A stretch of DNA of 58,063 nucleotides from a virus (Duplodnaviria; Caudoviricetes): the IMG/VR virus record IMGVR_UViG_3300013094_000055, positions 1-58,063 of that record. One strand, 5' to 3'. This document shows positions 28,145 to 37,071 of this stretch, piece by piece (within the stretch, counting starts at the first letter, position 1; each line of letters starts with the position of its first letter). The notes below the pieces were generated by a model. That model ran no database searches, was not told where the DNA came from, and saw nothing but the letters and a program-made list of their open reading frames with translations. The translations under genes were made by a program, and so were the position numbers.

Positions 28145-29122
28145 TCAACGGTTGTATTCAGGGGGTATATAGTAATCCTGATACGGTCCGAACTTAGGGT
28201 GGACCCTAGAGTACTTGTAGAACCTATCAACTTTTGCTTTATTAGCTGGGTCGTTAACGAAGCTGAAGTAGGATTTTCGTACCTCAGATACAAAGTCTTT
28301 AATGTTTAACTTCTTAGGGTTTGCTCCGCTGTATCTAAAACTTACTGACCGCACATCTTGATTTACATCTTGAATATACATGTGAGAGATAGGAAGAGCT
28401 TGGTTAGGAAATACTAGGGAGTAACCGGCGTCTAATAGGTTCATTGTCTGGATTATCTCTTCTTCCCAAAAGATAATATTTCTAGGAAGGCTCTCTATCT
28501 CAAGAAATTTTTTATTAGAGAAGGCGAACTGCGCGTTAAACTTAACGCAAGGAAGATATAGCTCTTCCCTCGCATTAGGCCCTTCCATAAGGGAGAAGTC
28601 TAGCCAGCTGGGTAAGTTGCCGTCAAACCTAAACTCATAAATAAACATAGGGTATTTAGCGTGCTTTAAATGCCCAAAATGCCCTCGAACATCTGCGTCA
28701 TCGTGCATGTAAGGGGGAAGGTAAGCGGTTAATATTGTCTTGTCGTTCCCAGTTTCTTTTAGAGCACCTGCATATAGGTTAAGTAGATTAGTGTCCCATC
28801 CCTTATCAAATTTAGTATGGGAGTCAACTTGAAGTATATAATCTTCATCATTATAAAAAGACAAAGCGGCATGGCGACCAAATCCGATACTAGGCTCATA
28901 CTCTCCATGCAAAAAACGCCGCAAAGACACTTGCGGGTATCCGTTTAAAGGTAGGATCTCTTCTTCATAGAACTTATCTTGATCAAATCTATCATCAAGT
29001 ACATCCATAAATACCACACCAATTGAAAGCTCATTAGGGTTATCCGCATTCTTGATTGCCTCTTTAACTGTGTAAGGAAGCTGACGATCGTACATGCTAG
29101 GTATCGCAATATAAATAGACAT
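28145..29122 (-). CDS. Glycosyltransferase resembling GT60 (Skp1-type polypeptide GlcNAc transferase)
   Basis: IYIAIPSMYD, ADNP, YNDEDYILQVDSHTKFDKGWD (DSH motif), ILTAYLP, FWEEE, HMY. Confidence 0.8.
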   Translation of the reverse strand: MSIYIAIPSMYDRQLPYTVKEAIKNADNPNELSIGVVFMDVLDDRFDQDKFYEEEILPLNGYPQVSLRRFLHGEYEPSIGFGRHAALSFYNDEDYILQVDSHTKFDKGWDTNLLNLYAGALKETGNDKTILTAYLPPYMHDDADVRGHFGHLKHAKYPMFIYEFRFDGNLPSWLDFSLMEGPNAREELYLPCVKFNAQFAFSNKKFLEIESLPRNIIFWEEEIIQTMNLLDAGYSLVFPNQALPISHMYIQDVNQDVRSVSFRYSGANPKKLNIKDFVSEVRKSYFSFVNDPANKAKVDRFYKYSRVHPKFGPYQDYYIPPEYNR

Positions 29123-29286
29123 TAAGACTCTATCTCAGTAAAGGTAGGGTTGCTCAAGAATAAAGACGCCAACCGAGGGCTAGTAACTTGAAACTTTTCA
29201 AAAACTTTTCCATCTACAACAATTCCTATTGTGATTGGTTTAGATGATATTTTAGGAGTAGCCTTTTCCTCTTTGTTTTTACTCAT
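29122..29286 (-). CDS. Small hypothetical protein (54 aa)
   Basis: Not in track; MSKNKEEK...GIVVDGKVFEKFQVTSPRLASLFLSNPTFTEIES; coupled at both ends (ATGA, TAATG). Confidence 0.75.
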   Translation of the reverse strand: MSKNKEEKATPKISSKPITIGIVVDGKVFEKFQVTSPRLASLFLSNPTFTEIES

Positions 29287-29963
29287 GAGTAGTCCTTATT
29301 TTTACGCCACAGCTTACGATAAACGCCCTCACTCATACGGGTTTTTGCAGCCTGCTTAACTAGTTTTTCTGTTGCATTCCAGTCCTGAGCATAGGCCCAG
29401 CTATCCCGCTTAATAGGAATAATCTGAGCATATGGAGTTCCGGCAGGAATTACTCCTTCAAACCCTTTCTTAATAAAGAAAGGAATGTTACCCCACGCAC
29501 TGTACTCATCAGTATCTACAATGGCGGACATAGTTGTAAATGGAAGATCAAACCTATTTAGTGGGTGAGTGACCAATGTGCTGTACCCTTTTGGCGTTTT
29601 CCATCCCCAGCGACCTGACCAGATTAAGTGGTTATGCTCATGACCGGCAGGTCGTGGCATAGTGTGCCCCGATAGTCCTTTACGCTCTCCTACAAATACT
29701 TCTTTAGATTCCCATTCAATCTTTAGGTTTCCTTCTTCGTCCCTTGATACGTAGAGATCTTCTTGAGTTACTAGGGCGTATCCAGAGATCATAGCGTCAA
29801 GAAATGGGGCGCATGTCTTTAGACCAGGCATTTGTTCATTACGGTCTGTCTTGTAATAGCGTTCAGCGTGTGTGTACCACTCAGGTATTAAACTCTTAAT
29901 CGGCGCTGGTCGCTTAAACCCTTTATGCAAACCCGCATCGGGAATGAATTTAATGATCCTCAT
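29283..29963 (-). CDS. Conserved phage protein (KTCAPFLDAM family; possible dUTPase-like beta-clip C-terminus)
   Basis: IPEWY, KTCAPFLDAMISGY, KTPKGYS...HPLNR, IPAGTPYAQIIPIKRDSW. Confidence 0.65.
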   Translation of the reverse strand: MRIIKFIPDAGLHKGFKRPAPIKSLIPEWYTHAERYYKTDRNEQMPGLKTCAPFLDAMISGYALVTQEDLYVSRDEEGNLKIEWESKEVFVGERKGLSGHTMPRPAGHEHNHLIWSGRWGWKTPKGYSTLVTHPLNRFDLPFTTMSAIVDTDEYSAWGNIPFFIKKGFEGVIPAGTPYAQIIPIKRDSWAYAQDWNATEKLVKQAAKTRMSEGVYRKLWRKNKDYS

Positions 29964-29977
29964 ATATGCTCCAGTTT

Positions 29978-31756
29978 TTAGTTAGTTACGGTAGCGTAAA
30001 ACGGTCCAATCGAGTTGCCTTGATTTTGAGTCGAAGGTGTAAGAATAATACCATGCAAGTTACCTGTAGGGGTTATGGTTCCGCTCGAAGCAGTTCCTAG
30101 AGAGCTATTAAAAGCCCCATCGCTGTACCCAGTGGCTGTGGCATTGGACCCATGGACCACTACCTTTAAAGAGTTAATTATTGAAGACACTGCGGTGGAG
30201 GCTATAGTAGAAACGGTTCCAGCCACTGATCGGTAAAGGTTTAAATAATATTGTGTATAAGAAGTTGAAACTGGTGCAGGGTTCTCATACGCTGTGTAGC
30301 TATAGTAGTAGTAGCTGGTGCCACCACCGCTTACGTAGTACTGATAGCTGTAAGTGTATGAGCCATAGCGGGCGTAGTAGTTGGTGCCATTAGTCGTGGC
30401 ATAACCAATAAGTCCATACCCTGTGCCTGATCCGTTAAAAGGACCTGCAGTATACGGAGCTGTGTAGTGAGCGCCAGTTCCTGAAGCAGTGTACGGATAG
30501 TTATATGCGTAGGTATACCCGTCTGTCTCTTCTCCTACAGCTGCCCACCAGTTATTAGAGTCTTGAATCATGAAGGCAATACCAGACCCTAGCGATACTG
30601 TGGTCGCCTCAACAGTGACAAGTGGGCTACCCAGATCAACTGCCGCTATGGAATCATTGCCAGGTGAATCGTTGGTTACTGCCGTTCCATTATTGGCAAA
30701 CCAAGTTCCCTTAATAGCCTGCCACAAGGTTCCAGATGAAGATGTTCCCAATGAGCCTGAGGTAGATCGATTAAAGTTATCGTTTACAGATGGCAATGGG
30801 ATAACCGCATTAGAGGCAGCAGAAGTGGTGGTTCCTTCAGCGTTTGTTGCGCTTACTGTAAATGTATAAGAGGTTCCTGCCGCAAAGGCTCCAGTAACGG
30901 TAAAGTAAGTAGAGTATTGTGTAACTGTTAGGGCAATCGATGGCGAAGATACTACAGAGTATCCGGTTATAGAAGACCCGTTAGGCGATGCGGCTGTGTA
31001 AGGTATATTTACCGAAGTAAAGCTGTTAATGGTTACGGTGCCAAGAACAGGTGCTGAAGGTGCGCATACCGCTTGAATATAAACGGCAGGGGATACCCCT
31101 TGATTTTTATTTGCCGTAGAGGTTCCATTAGCATTAGTAGCCGTGACGCCGTACGTATTTTCTGAACCTGGGTTTTCTGTTATAACAATAGGGCTAGACG
31201 TTCCTGTAGCCGAGTGGTTAGTAACATTATAAGAGGTAATTGTGTACAGTTGTATAGGGCTTCCGCCAGAATTAGAAGGGGGAACAAACTGAACTGAGAC
31301 TTTAACTGGCCCATAAGCCTGTCCTGGAGCAACTGTAGCCGTAGGAGGCGAGGCGTCGTAAGAAAAAAGGTCTGGAGCATCAGGGACTGTTGTAGCCAAA
31401 ACTGAATTAGATGGCGCAGATGGCGCAGAAGAACCCGTAGAGTTAGACGAAGTTACTGTATATGTGTAGGAGATGTTAGAAGATAGGCCTGTAATAGTTA
31501 TAGGGCTCGATGAACCGCTAGCCGTATACGATCCAGGGTTTGATGTTACAGTGTAGCTAGTTGCAGCCCCACCAACAACAGCTGGAGTAAAAGATACTAT
31601 AGCGGCACCGTTGTTAAAAGCCCTATTGAGCCCCACATCTAAAGCGGATACTCCTGTAGGTGACCCCGGAACATCTGGGATAGGGGTGTTGCCCGCGTTA
31701 GCATCACGGTACTTATTTCTATTTAGAGTGTTAAGTCTGCTGGCTTTCTTAATCAC
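29978..31756 (-). CDS. Fibre/adhesin with three FN3-like repeats and a C-terminal lectin-like domain
   Basis: Repeated P..P...V.F.P...GG....YTVT...Y...V.ATNA.G; DNFNR domain start; Tyr-rich insert. Confidence 0.8.
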   Translation of the reverse strand: MIKKASRLNTLNRNKYRDANAGNTPIPDVPGSPTGVSALDVGLNRAFNNGAAIVSFTPAVVGGAATSYTVTSNPGSYTASGSSSPITITGLSSNISYTYTVTSSNSTGSSAPSAPSNSVLATTVPDAPDLFSYDASPPTATVAPGQAYGPVKVSVQFVPPSNSGGSPIQLYTITSYNVTNHSATGTSSPIVITENPGSENTYGVTATNANGTSTANKNQGVSPAVYIQAVCAPSAPVLGTVTINSFTSVNIPYTAASPNGSSITGYSVVSSPSIALTVTQYSTYFTVTGAFAAGTSYTFTVSATNAEGTTTSAASNAVIPLPSVNDNFNRSTSGSLGTSSSGTLWQAIKGTWFANNGTAVTNDSPGNDSIAAVDLGSPLVTVEATTVSLGSGIAFMIQDSNNWWAAVGEETDGYTYAYNYPYTASGTGAHYTAPYTAGPFNGSGTGYGLIGYATTNGTNYYARYGSYTYSYQYYVSGGGTSYYYYSYTAYENPAPVSTSYTQYYLNLYRSVAGTVSTIASTAVSSIINSLKVVVHGSNATATGYSDGAFNSSLGTASSGTITPTGNLHGIILTPSTQNQGNSIGPFYATVTN

Positions 31757-31768
31757 GACTTAATCTCC

Positions 31769-31843
31769 TTAATTGTTTTTAGCTTGAGCATCCTCATATG
31801 TCTGACCAGCCGTGCCAGATGTGCTGGCTTTAGTGGCTGACAT
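31769..31843 (-). CDS. 24-aa mini-ORF similar to the N-terminus of the next gene
   Basis: MSATKASTSGTAGQTYEDAQAKNN*; ATG overlaps the upstream stop (TAATG). Confidence 0.55.
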   Translation of the reverse strand: MSATKASTSGTAGQTYEDAQAKNN

Positions 31844-32178
31844 TAAGCGATCTCGCTACCGTACGCATGAAATGATAGTGTAGAGCTAGAGGCAAAGACA
31901 CGAATAGTCGCACCATGCTCAAGAGTGACGCCAAGAGTAAGGAACGTTGTGTCGTTGGCGTTAACTGTAGCTCCATATACAAGCCAGTTAGGTCCAGAGG
32001 AAGAAGCTGTGCCGTTTGGCCAAACAGCAATGCGGTAGGTTGCTGGGGAAGCAGCCTGATTACAGATGGCAATAGTAGACACTACAGCCACTGCAGTGCT
32101 TCCGCTAGGGGTGTACAGTGTTGTCTCTGTGCTAGCTGCAGGGTTTGACTGCCCTAAAACTTTATAGGTGGTTGCCAT
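31843..32178 (-). CDS. Small beta-sandwich virion/fibre adaptor protein
   Basis: MATTYKVLGQSNP...VSTIAICN...FHAYGSEIA; AAGGAG SD. Confidence 0.7.
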   Translation of the reverse strand: MATTYKVLGQSNPAASTETTLYTPSGSTAVAVVSTIAICNQAASPATYRIAVWPNGTASSSGPNWLVYGATVNANDTTFLTLGVTLEHGATIRVFASSSTLSFHAYGSEIA

Positions 32179-32201
32179 GATGCTCCTTCGTTATGTACTA
32201 A

Positions 32202-33266
32202 CTATACCTCGGTAGAGGGTTTTTGTAGGGCTTTATAAAAGCCTAAGTTCTCTACAAGCCTAAAATCTGAAGGATTTATCTCAACAGCCTTAGACCCGTA
32301 CATAACAGCTAGCTCAGTCTCCCCTAAGTTAAACGCAGATAATGACGCCAAATCATATGGCAGTTCTCCCCAGGCAAAGGACTCACAAAGATAATCAAGA
32401 GGTTTTTCTTTTATTTCTAAAGCCTTTTTCGCATAGTAAAGGACGTTTTTCCAATCCTCTAACTCATAGTAGTACTGTGCTATCTCCACAATTACTTCTC
32501 TACGGCCAGGAGATTCCCTTTCAGCTTTTAACATCCATTTAAGTCGTTCAACACCTGTTTCTATTTTTGCAAGATACCGCATAGATGCGGCGCGCTCAGG
32601 CGCCCATACTGCTTTCGGCAGGCCTAGGTGGCGAAGGAATTCCGGTTTAGCTTGCTTGTATAGTCCGTAGTTAAACAGCTCACGTGCATAGTAAAAAGCT
32701 ATGCGGTCATCGTCGGGATTTTCTACAGCAGACTGTGCCAATAAAGGCAAGTACTGACCTCTGGACTTTGTATCATCCGCGTGGTGGTGAATCTCTAAAC
32801 CAACTGTTTCAGTAGTCTCTTGAACCCTGTCATTAATCAACACTTCATGCACGGGGTGCTTCCAACGATATCCGTGACGTGCATGGATTTTATCGCCTTG
32901 ATATTGAAGGCCCGGGCTTCCGTCCGGGTTCCAGTTCCATGTGTATGTGTACCGAGGACGGGTAGCAGTGGCTTTTTCTAGATGCTCACGCCATCCTGGC
33001 TGTAGTTGCTCGTCCATATCAAGAGCAACGCAGTAATCAATATCTGCTGGTAAAACGGCAAGAGAAGCGTTTCTAGCGTCGTCAAATCTCCAAGGATGAA
33101 CGCTGATGTTTACGACATGTATGCCTAAAGATGAAGCAAGCTCTACAGTTTTATCTGTAGAGCCTGTATCTGCAATAAGTAAGTAGTCCGCTTCTTTAGC
33201 GGAGTTGTACCAACTCTCTACAAACTGTTCTTCATTTAGAGCAATCGTATAGACTGCTATCTTCAT
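32202..33266 (-). CDS. GT2-family glycosyltransferase with C-terminal TPR repeats
   Basis: IALNEE, DTGSTD, WRFDDARN, LDMDE, HPVHE, then TPR-like helices. Confidence 0.92.
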   Translation of the reverse strand: MKIAVYTIALNEEQFVESWYNSAKEADYLLIADTGSTDKTVELASSLGIHVVNISVHPWRFDDARNASLAVLPADIDYCVALDMDEQLQPGWREHLEKATATRPRYTYTWNWNPDGSPGLQYQGDKIHARHGYRWKHPVHEVLINDRVQETTETVGLEIHHHADDTKSRGQYLPLLAQSAVENPDDDRIAFYYARELFNYGLYKQAKPEFLRHLGLPKAVWAPERAASMRYLAKIETGVERLKWMLKAERESPGRREVIVEIAQYYYELEDWKNVLYYAKKALEIKEKPLDYLCESFAWGELPYDLASLSAFNLGETELAVMYGSKAVEINPSDFRLVENLGFYKALQKPSTEV

Positions 33267-33571
33267 TAGTGTGTGTGATCTGGGTTCTGTTGTGGCATCA
33301 TGCGGCTCATAGTAAAGCTGAGCGCTTGATTGAGTTCCATTTGATAAATAGCATCAAGGACGTCTTGAGCACCGCGCTTGACATCCATCATGCTTGAAGC
33401 ACGCTCGATATCAAACTGCATATGGATATCTGAAGCGGCTACGTACGTGCCGTCTTCACGCTTAAGAACTACAAAAGCAGTTTCGTACTTCTCTGGGGCA
33501 GGTGCTTGAGTTTGATCGTCTGCAGGTGTTTCTGAAACAACTTCTGCGTCTTCAATTGGTGAATCGGTCAT
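33266..33571 (-). CDS. Hypothetical protein
   Basis: 101-aa ORF, AAGGA SD, coupled to the GT2 gene. Confidence 0.7.
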   Translation of the reverse strand: MTDSPIEDAEVVSETPADDQTQAPAPEKYETAFVVLKREDGTYVAASDIHMQFDIERASSMMDVKRGAQDVLDAIYQMELNQALSFTMSRMMPQQNPDHTH

Positions 33572-33579
33572 AGTAGTCC

Positions 33580-33843
33580 TTAGTTAGTAGTTGATGTGTA
33601 TGCAGCGTAGTCCGTATCGAACTGTGGGTCAAGCTGTGTAAAGTCTACTAGACCTTCAATAACATCTGGTCGAAGACCCGCCAAGTCTGAAGGTGTCCAT
33701 TCACCAGCAGCTTCATACTTGTACATATTTGAGTAGCCGTTAAGTTCGTACTTAATTTCAATCGTCAACGCTTTGATCTTTCCCTTATCGTCAGGAAGTG
33801 CAGCCAAGCTGTTGACTGTCTTTGTTGCTTCTGATGCGCTCAT
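33580..33843 (-). CDS. Hypothetical protein (possible fibre chaperone)
   Basis: 87-aa ORF in operon. Confidence 0.65.
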   Translation of the reverse strand: MSASEATKTVNSLAALPDDKGKIKALTIEIKYELNGYSNMYKYEAAGEWTPSDLAGLRPDVIEGLVDFTQLDPQFDTDYAAYTSTTN

Positions 33844-33846
33844 TGA

Positions 33847-34170
33847 TTATCCTTGAGGTGTAGTTGGGCCAGTAGGTGCTGTAGGCGCTGCAGCAGGAGG
33901 TGTCCCGCCATCAGCTGGTGGAGGTGTAACTGTAACAGGCTGTTGTGGATTTACAGGGGTTACAGGGGCAGGAGTTACAGGAGGAACAGTGGTGGGGTCA
34001 AAGGGCTTAAAGCTCTCACCATCAACCTTAGGCATTTGTACCGGGGTAGGGCTCACATGCTCATGCTCATACCCAACAATATTGCCTTGTGGGTCTTTCA
34101 TCTCAAAACGCTTATAGTTTGGGTCTGGGCTGTCAACTTCTGTGCGCGTTAGCTCGCTGTAGTCCATCAT
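33847..34170 (-). CDS. Hypothetical protein with Pro/Thr-rich C-terminus
   Basis: AAGGAG SD; TATACT upstream. Confidence 0.7.
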   Translation of the reverse strand: MMDYSELTRTEVDSPDPNYKRFEMKDPQGNIVGYEHEHVSPTPVQMPKVDGESFKPFDPTTVPPVTPAPVTPVNPQQPVTVTPPPADGGTPPAAAPTAPTGPTTPQG

Positions 34171-34205
34171 TATCTCCTTCGTAAGAGTGTAAGTATACCT
34201 GAATA

Positions 34206-35105
34206 TTAAGTTAGAACAGTGATTATTGCGTAACCGGCTCCAGAGTTTACCCCAGTTTCTCCGCCGTACGCCGTGATGTAGTTAGAGTTTATATAGCCAG
34301 AGCCTCCGCCAGCCCCGCCATTTCCACGGCCGTCAATGCCAGAAGCTCCGCCTCCTCCACCCCCAAACCAACCACCGCCACCACCCGGGCCTGTGTAGTT
34401 GTACTGAGAATAGGCGCCGCTATCGTTTCCTCCAGTACCACCTTGACCAGCGGAGCCGTTACCTGCGTTTCCACTACCTCCAGAACCTGGATAGCCTCCG
34501 GTACCCCCAGCAGAGTCTGTGCCAGGGCCGCCAAAACCGCCGTAGCCTGACATAGCACCAGGTGTTCCTGGAGAGACAATATTGGTGCCTGAATAGCTGT
34601 TATTTAGAAAAGCGGCTAAGAACCCGCCTCCTCCACCATCTCCTCCCGGAGATCCAGCTGTAATAGCGACGTTCTTTGTTCCTGAGCCGCCGCCACCGCC
34701 AGCAATTAGAATCACATTACCAAAGGAAGTTCCACCGACGCGTACGTCAGTCATTCCTCCTCCTCCTGCGCCCACCTTGTTTTGACCTGAGTTTAATCCT
34801 CCGTTACCTCCACCATTCCAACCAGCTGTTGCTGTGTTGCTTTGGTTTTGGTTTCCTCCTTGACCTCCGCAAGAGATGTACAGAGTAGTGCCGTGTGAAA
34901 CTGAATAAGTTCCATAGGTATACCCGCCGTAGCCAGGGGTTTCTGAAGTCACGCCTCCAGCAGCGCCCCACAACTCAATCTTCATAGTGTTGATGTTCGA
35001 GGTTACAAATGTTACTTGTGAACCTGTGTAGTTAAATCTAATTGTATCGCCCTTGCTATAGCTGCCCGGAACCGTAGGGAATGTATACGCCGTCATATTG
35101 CCCAC
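34206..35105 (-). CDS. Glycine-rich (polyglycine-II bundle) adhesin-like protein
   Basis: ELWGAAGG, GWNGGG, GGGGMTDVR, LIAGGGGG, GGGGGWFGGG. Confidence 0.75.
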   Translation of the reverse strand: MGNMTAYTFPTVPGSYSKGDTIRFNYTGSQVTFVTSNINTMKIELWGAAGGVTSETPGYGGYTYGTYSVSHGTTLYISCGGQGGNQNQSNTATAGWNGGGNGGLNSGQNKVGAGGGGMTDVRVGGTSFGNVILIAGGGGGSGTKNVAITAGSPGGDGGGGGFLAAFLNNSYSGTNIVSPGTPGAMSGYGGFGGPGTDSAGGTGGYPGSGGSGNAGNGSAGQGGTGGNDSGAYSQYNYTGPGGGGGWFGGGGGGASGIDGRGNGGAGGGSGYINSNYITAYGGETGVNSGAGYAIITVLT

Positions 35106-35908
35106 CTTACAATAACTATTCCAGAACCGCCTGTGTTAGTACCGCTTCCACCACCGCCACCGTTTCCAGTATTAGCGTTTCCTCCAGTGGCTGAACTTGA
35201 AGTGTAAGACCCATAGCCTTTTCCTTGAGTGCCTTTAGCACCACCAGAAGCTTGGCCGCTTCCTCCATCTTGTCCTCCGCCACCAGCGCCCATCATAATT
35301 CCGTAAATATATTTTCCTAAACCACCTGAACCAGCAAAGTAGTTTCCTTGAAAACTGTTTCCTGGGTGACCTGCTTCGTTAAACCCGCCACCGCCAGAAC
35401 CTCCACCATAACTGTAACCATCATATCCGTAACCGCCGTTGTTGCCCTGACCGCTTGTTCCAGTTCCCTGTGAACCAACTACAGAGCTACCATAGTTACT
35501 TCCACCACCAGAGCCACCATTTGAAGCGCCCTGTGAAGCCCCGCCTCCCGCTCCACCGCCAACAGCGGTAAAGAGAGAGCCAAAAGAAGAGTTGCTTCCC
35601 GAAACACCGTTTCCTGAACCGCCTGCACCAACTGTGACTGCGTAAGAACCTTGGGTTAAGTTGTAAGAGTTTTGTACGATGACTCCACCGCCTCCACCAC
35701 CACCCCCGCTAGAGCTCCCTCCTGCTCCACCGCCAGCTACAACAACGATGTCTGTAGTACCGCCCACGGATACGTTAAAAGAACCATTGCCAGTAAAGAC
35801 AGCATATGCGTGGTCACCATAACGTGTAATTGAATACGAACCTGTAGCGGTAGCCGTAAACTTAGTGGGTATTACAAACCCCAACACAGAGTGGGATACG
35901 GCACTCAT
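35093..35908 (-). CDS. Glycine-rich fibre-tip protein
   Basis: VVVAGGGAGG, VTVGAGG, GSGIVIVR signature. Confidence 0.75.
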   Translation of the reverse strand: MSAVSHSVLGFVIPTKFTATATGSYSITRYGDHAYAVFTGNGSFNVSVGGTTDIVVVAGGGAGGSSSGGGGGGGGVIVQNSYNLTQGSYAVTVGAGGSGNGVSGSNSSFGSLFTAVGGGAGGGASQGASNGGSGGGSNYGSSVVGSQGTGTSGQGNNGGYGYDGYSYGGGSGGGGFNEAGHPGNSFQGNYFAGSGGLGKYIYGIMMGAGGGGQDGGSGQASGGAKGTQGKGYGSYTSSSATGGNANTGNGGGGGSGTNTGGSGIVIVRWAI

Positions 35909-36447
35909 TAAGAAAGCCCATTACCTGAGATAAACCACGTAGTTGAGGCGACTTTAATTGCTGTTGCAATACCGTACGGAGCAAGCGTTCTAGCCCCTGT
36001 TGTACCAACACCAGCAAGGTACATTGTGTCTGAGCAAGTAACGCTTGCAGTTGTAGAGCTACTAGCGATAAAGGTAATCACTGTTCCTAGAGGGTAAGCT
36101 ACAGAAGAGTTAGAGGGGATGGTAACTGTAGGGGCAGCATTAGTTAAATAAATGTGGGAGCCCTCATCAGCATAAGTTGTTGTATACGTGCTGCCTGATT
36201 GCGCGTCTTGAGGGATACCAATAAAACCTAATCCATTAGCTGTTGTAGCTGAGGTTGCAGTGTTAGCTGTTGTTGGAGTAGAGCCGGTTGGACCAGTCGC
36301 TCCTTGAGGGCCTGTTGGACCAGTAGGGCCAGTCGGAGATGCTGCACTACGAACTAGCGCCCACTCCGAACCGTCCCACGACCATGTGTTATTGCCATAG
36401 GTATAGGTCTGGTTAGTTGTCGGTGAAGAGGGAAAACTGATAGCCAT
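35908..36447 (-). CDS. Collagen-linker fibre adaptor (paralog of 37957-38649)
   Basis: MAISFPSSP...WSWDG..W, short Gly-X-Y run, conserved C-terminal beta domain. Confidence 0.75.
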   Translation of the reverse strand: MAISFPSSPTTNQTYTYGNNTWSWDGSEWALVRSAASPTGPTGPTGPQGATGPTGSTPTTANTATSATTANGLGFIGIPQDAQSGSTYTTTYADEGSHIYLTNAAPTVTIPSNSSVAYPLGTVITFIASSSTTASVTCSDTMYLAGVGTTGARTLAPYGIATAIKVASTTWFISGNGLS

Positions 36448-36480
36448 TTTATGTCCTTTACGGATTAGGTGTTTTTAATT

Positions 36481-37071
36481 TTAGCCTATTTGGTCTAAAG
36501 AGGTCTCAGTGTCTAAGATAAAGGTTTGACCAGCTTCTTTAATGCCATGTTCCCCTACTTCAATTACACCCATCTGCCTTAAAGCTTCTAAGTTAGATGC
36601 CTGAGACGCGCTTCCACTTAAAGCCTCAAGGACAGACTGACGCTTCAAGCGCTTGTCCCAATAGTCTGGTTGAGCCTCCTCTATTTCAGCTCTTGTGTAT
36701 TTCTTTGAAAAACTGTGGTATATCTTAATTAAATGGTTTAATTCTCTAGCAATACCTAGAGCATTATTTTTAACTCTATCCATTTCAAACATCTTTATCT
36801 GCGCGTCAATGGCATCAATTTCATCATTAGTGGCCAATAGGCGTTGAATTTGAATTTCTTTTTTCTGTATGTCGAAGCTTAGAAGCTTTGCGTTGTAGTA
36901 CAAAGAATCAATTTCTAAAAGGCATTGAACGTAGCGCATTTCTTCTGTGTCATGTTGGTTTATAACAAACTTTTCAAGTTGAAACTTAGAACGTGATTGA
37001 GTGATTTCTTCAATCTCATCTAATATATTTTTAGACACTGACGACATAGCTGTTGTTAATTCTTTACGCAT
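36481..37071 (-). CDS. Coiled-coil hypothetical protein (possible chaperone of the upstream propeller)
   Basis: Helical and charged; overlaps the propeller gene. Confidence 0.65.
   Translation of the reverse strand: MRKELTTAMSSVSKNILDEIEEITQSRSKFQLEKFVINQHDTEEMRYVQCLLEIDSLYYNAKLLSFDIQKKEIQIQRLLATNDEIDAIDAQIKMFEMDRVKNNALGIARELNHLIKIYHSFSKKYTRAEIEEAQPDYWDKRLKRQSVLEALSGSASQASNLEALRQMGVIEVGEHGIKEAGQTFILDTETSLDQIG

Noticed and set aside
31757-31771. Stop-codon readthrough fusing the mini-ORF to the FN3 adhesin
   Set aside because: Two in-frame TAA codons, and the adhesin has its own AAGGAG SD.
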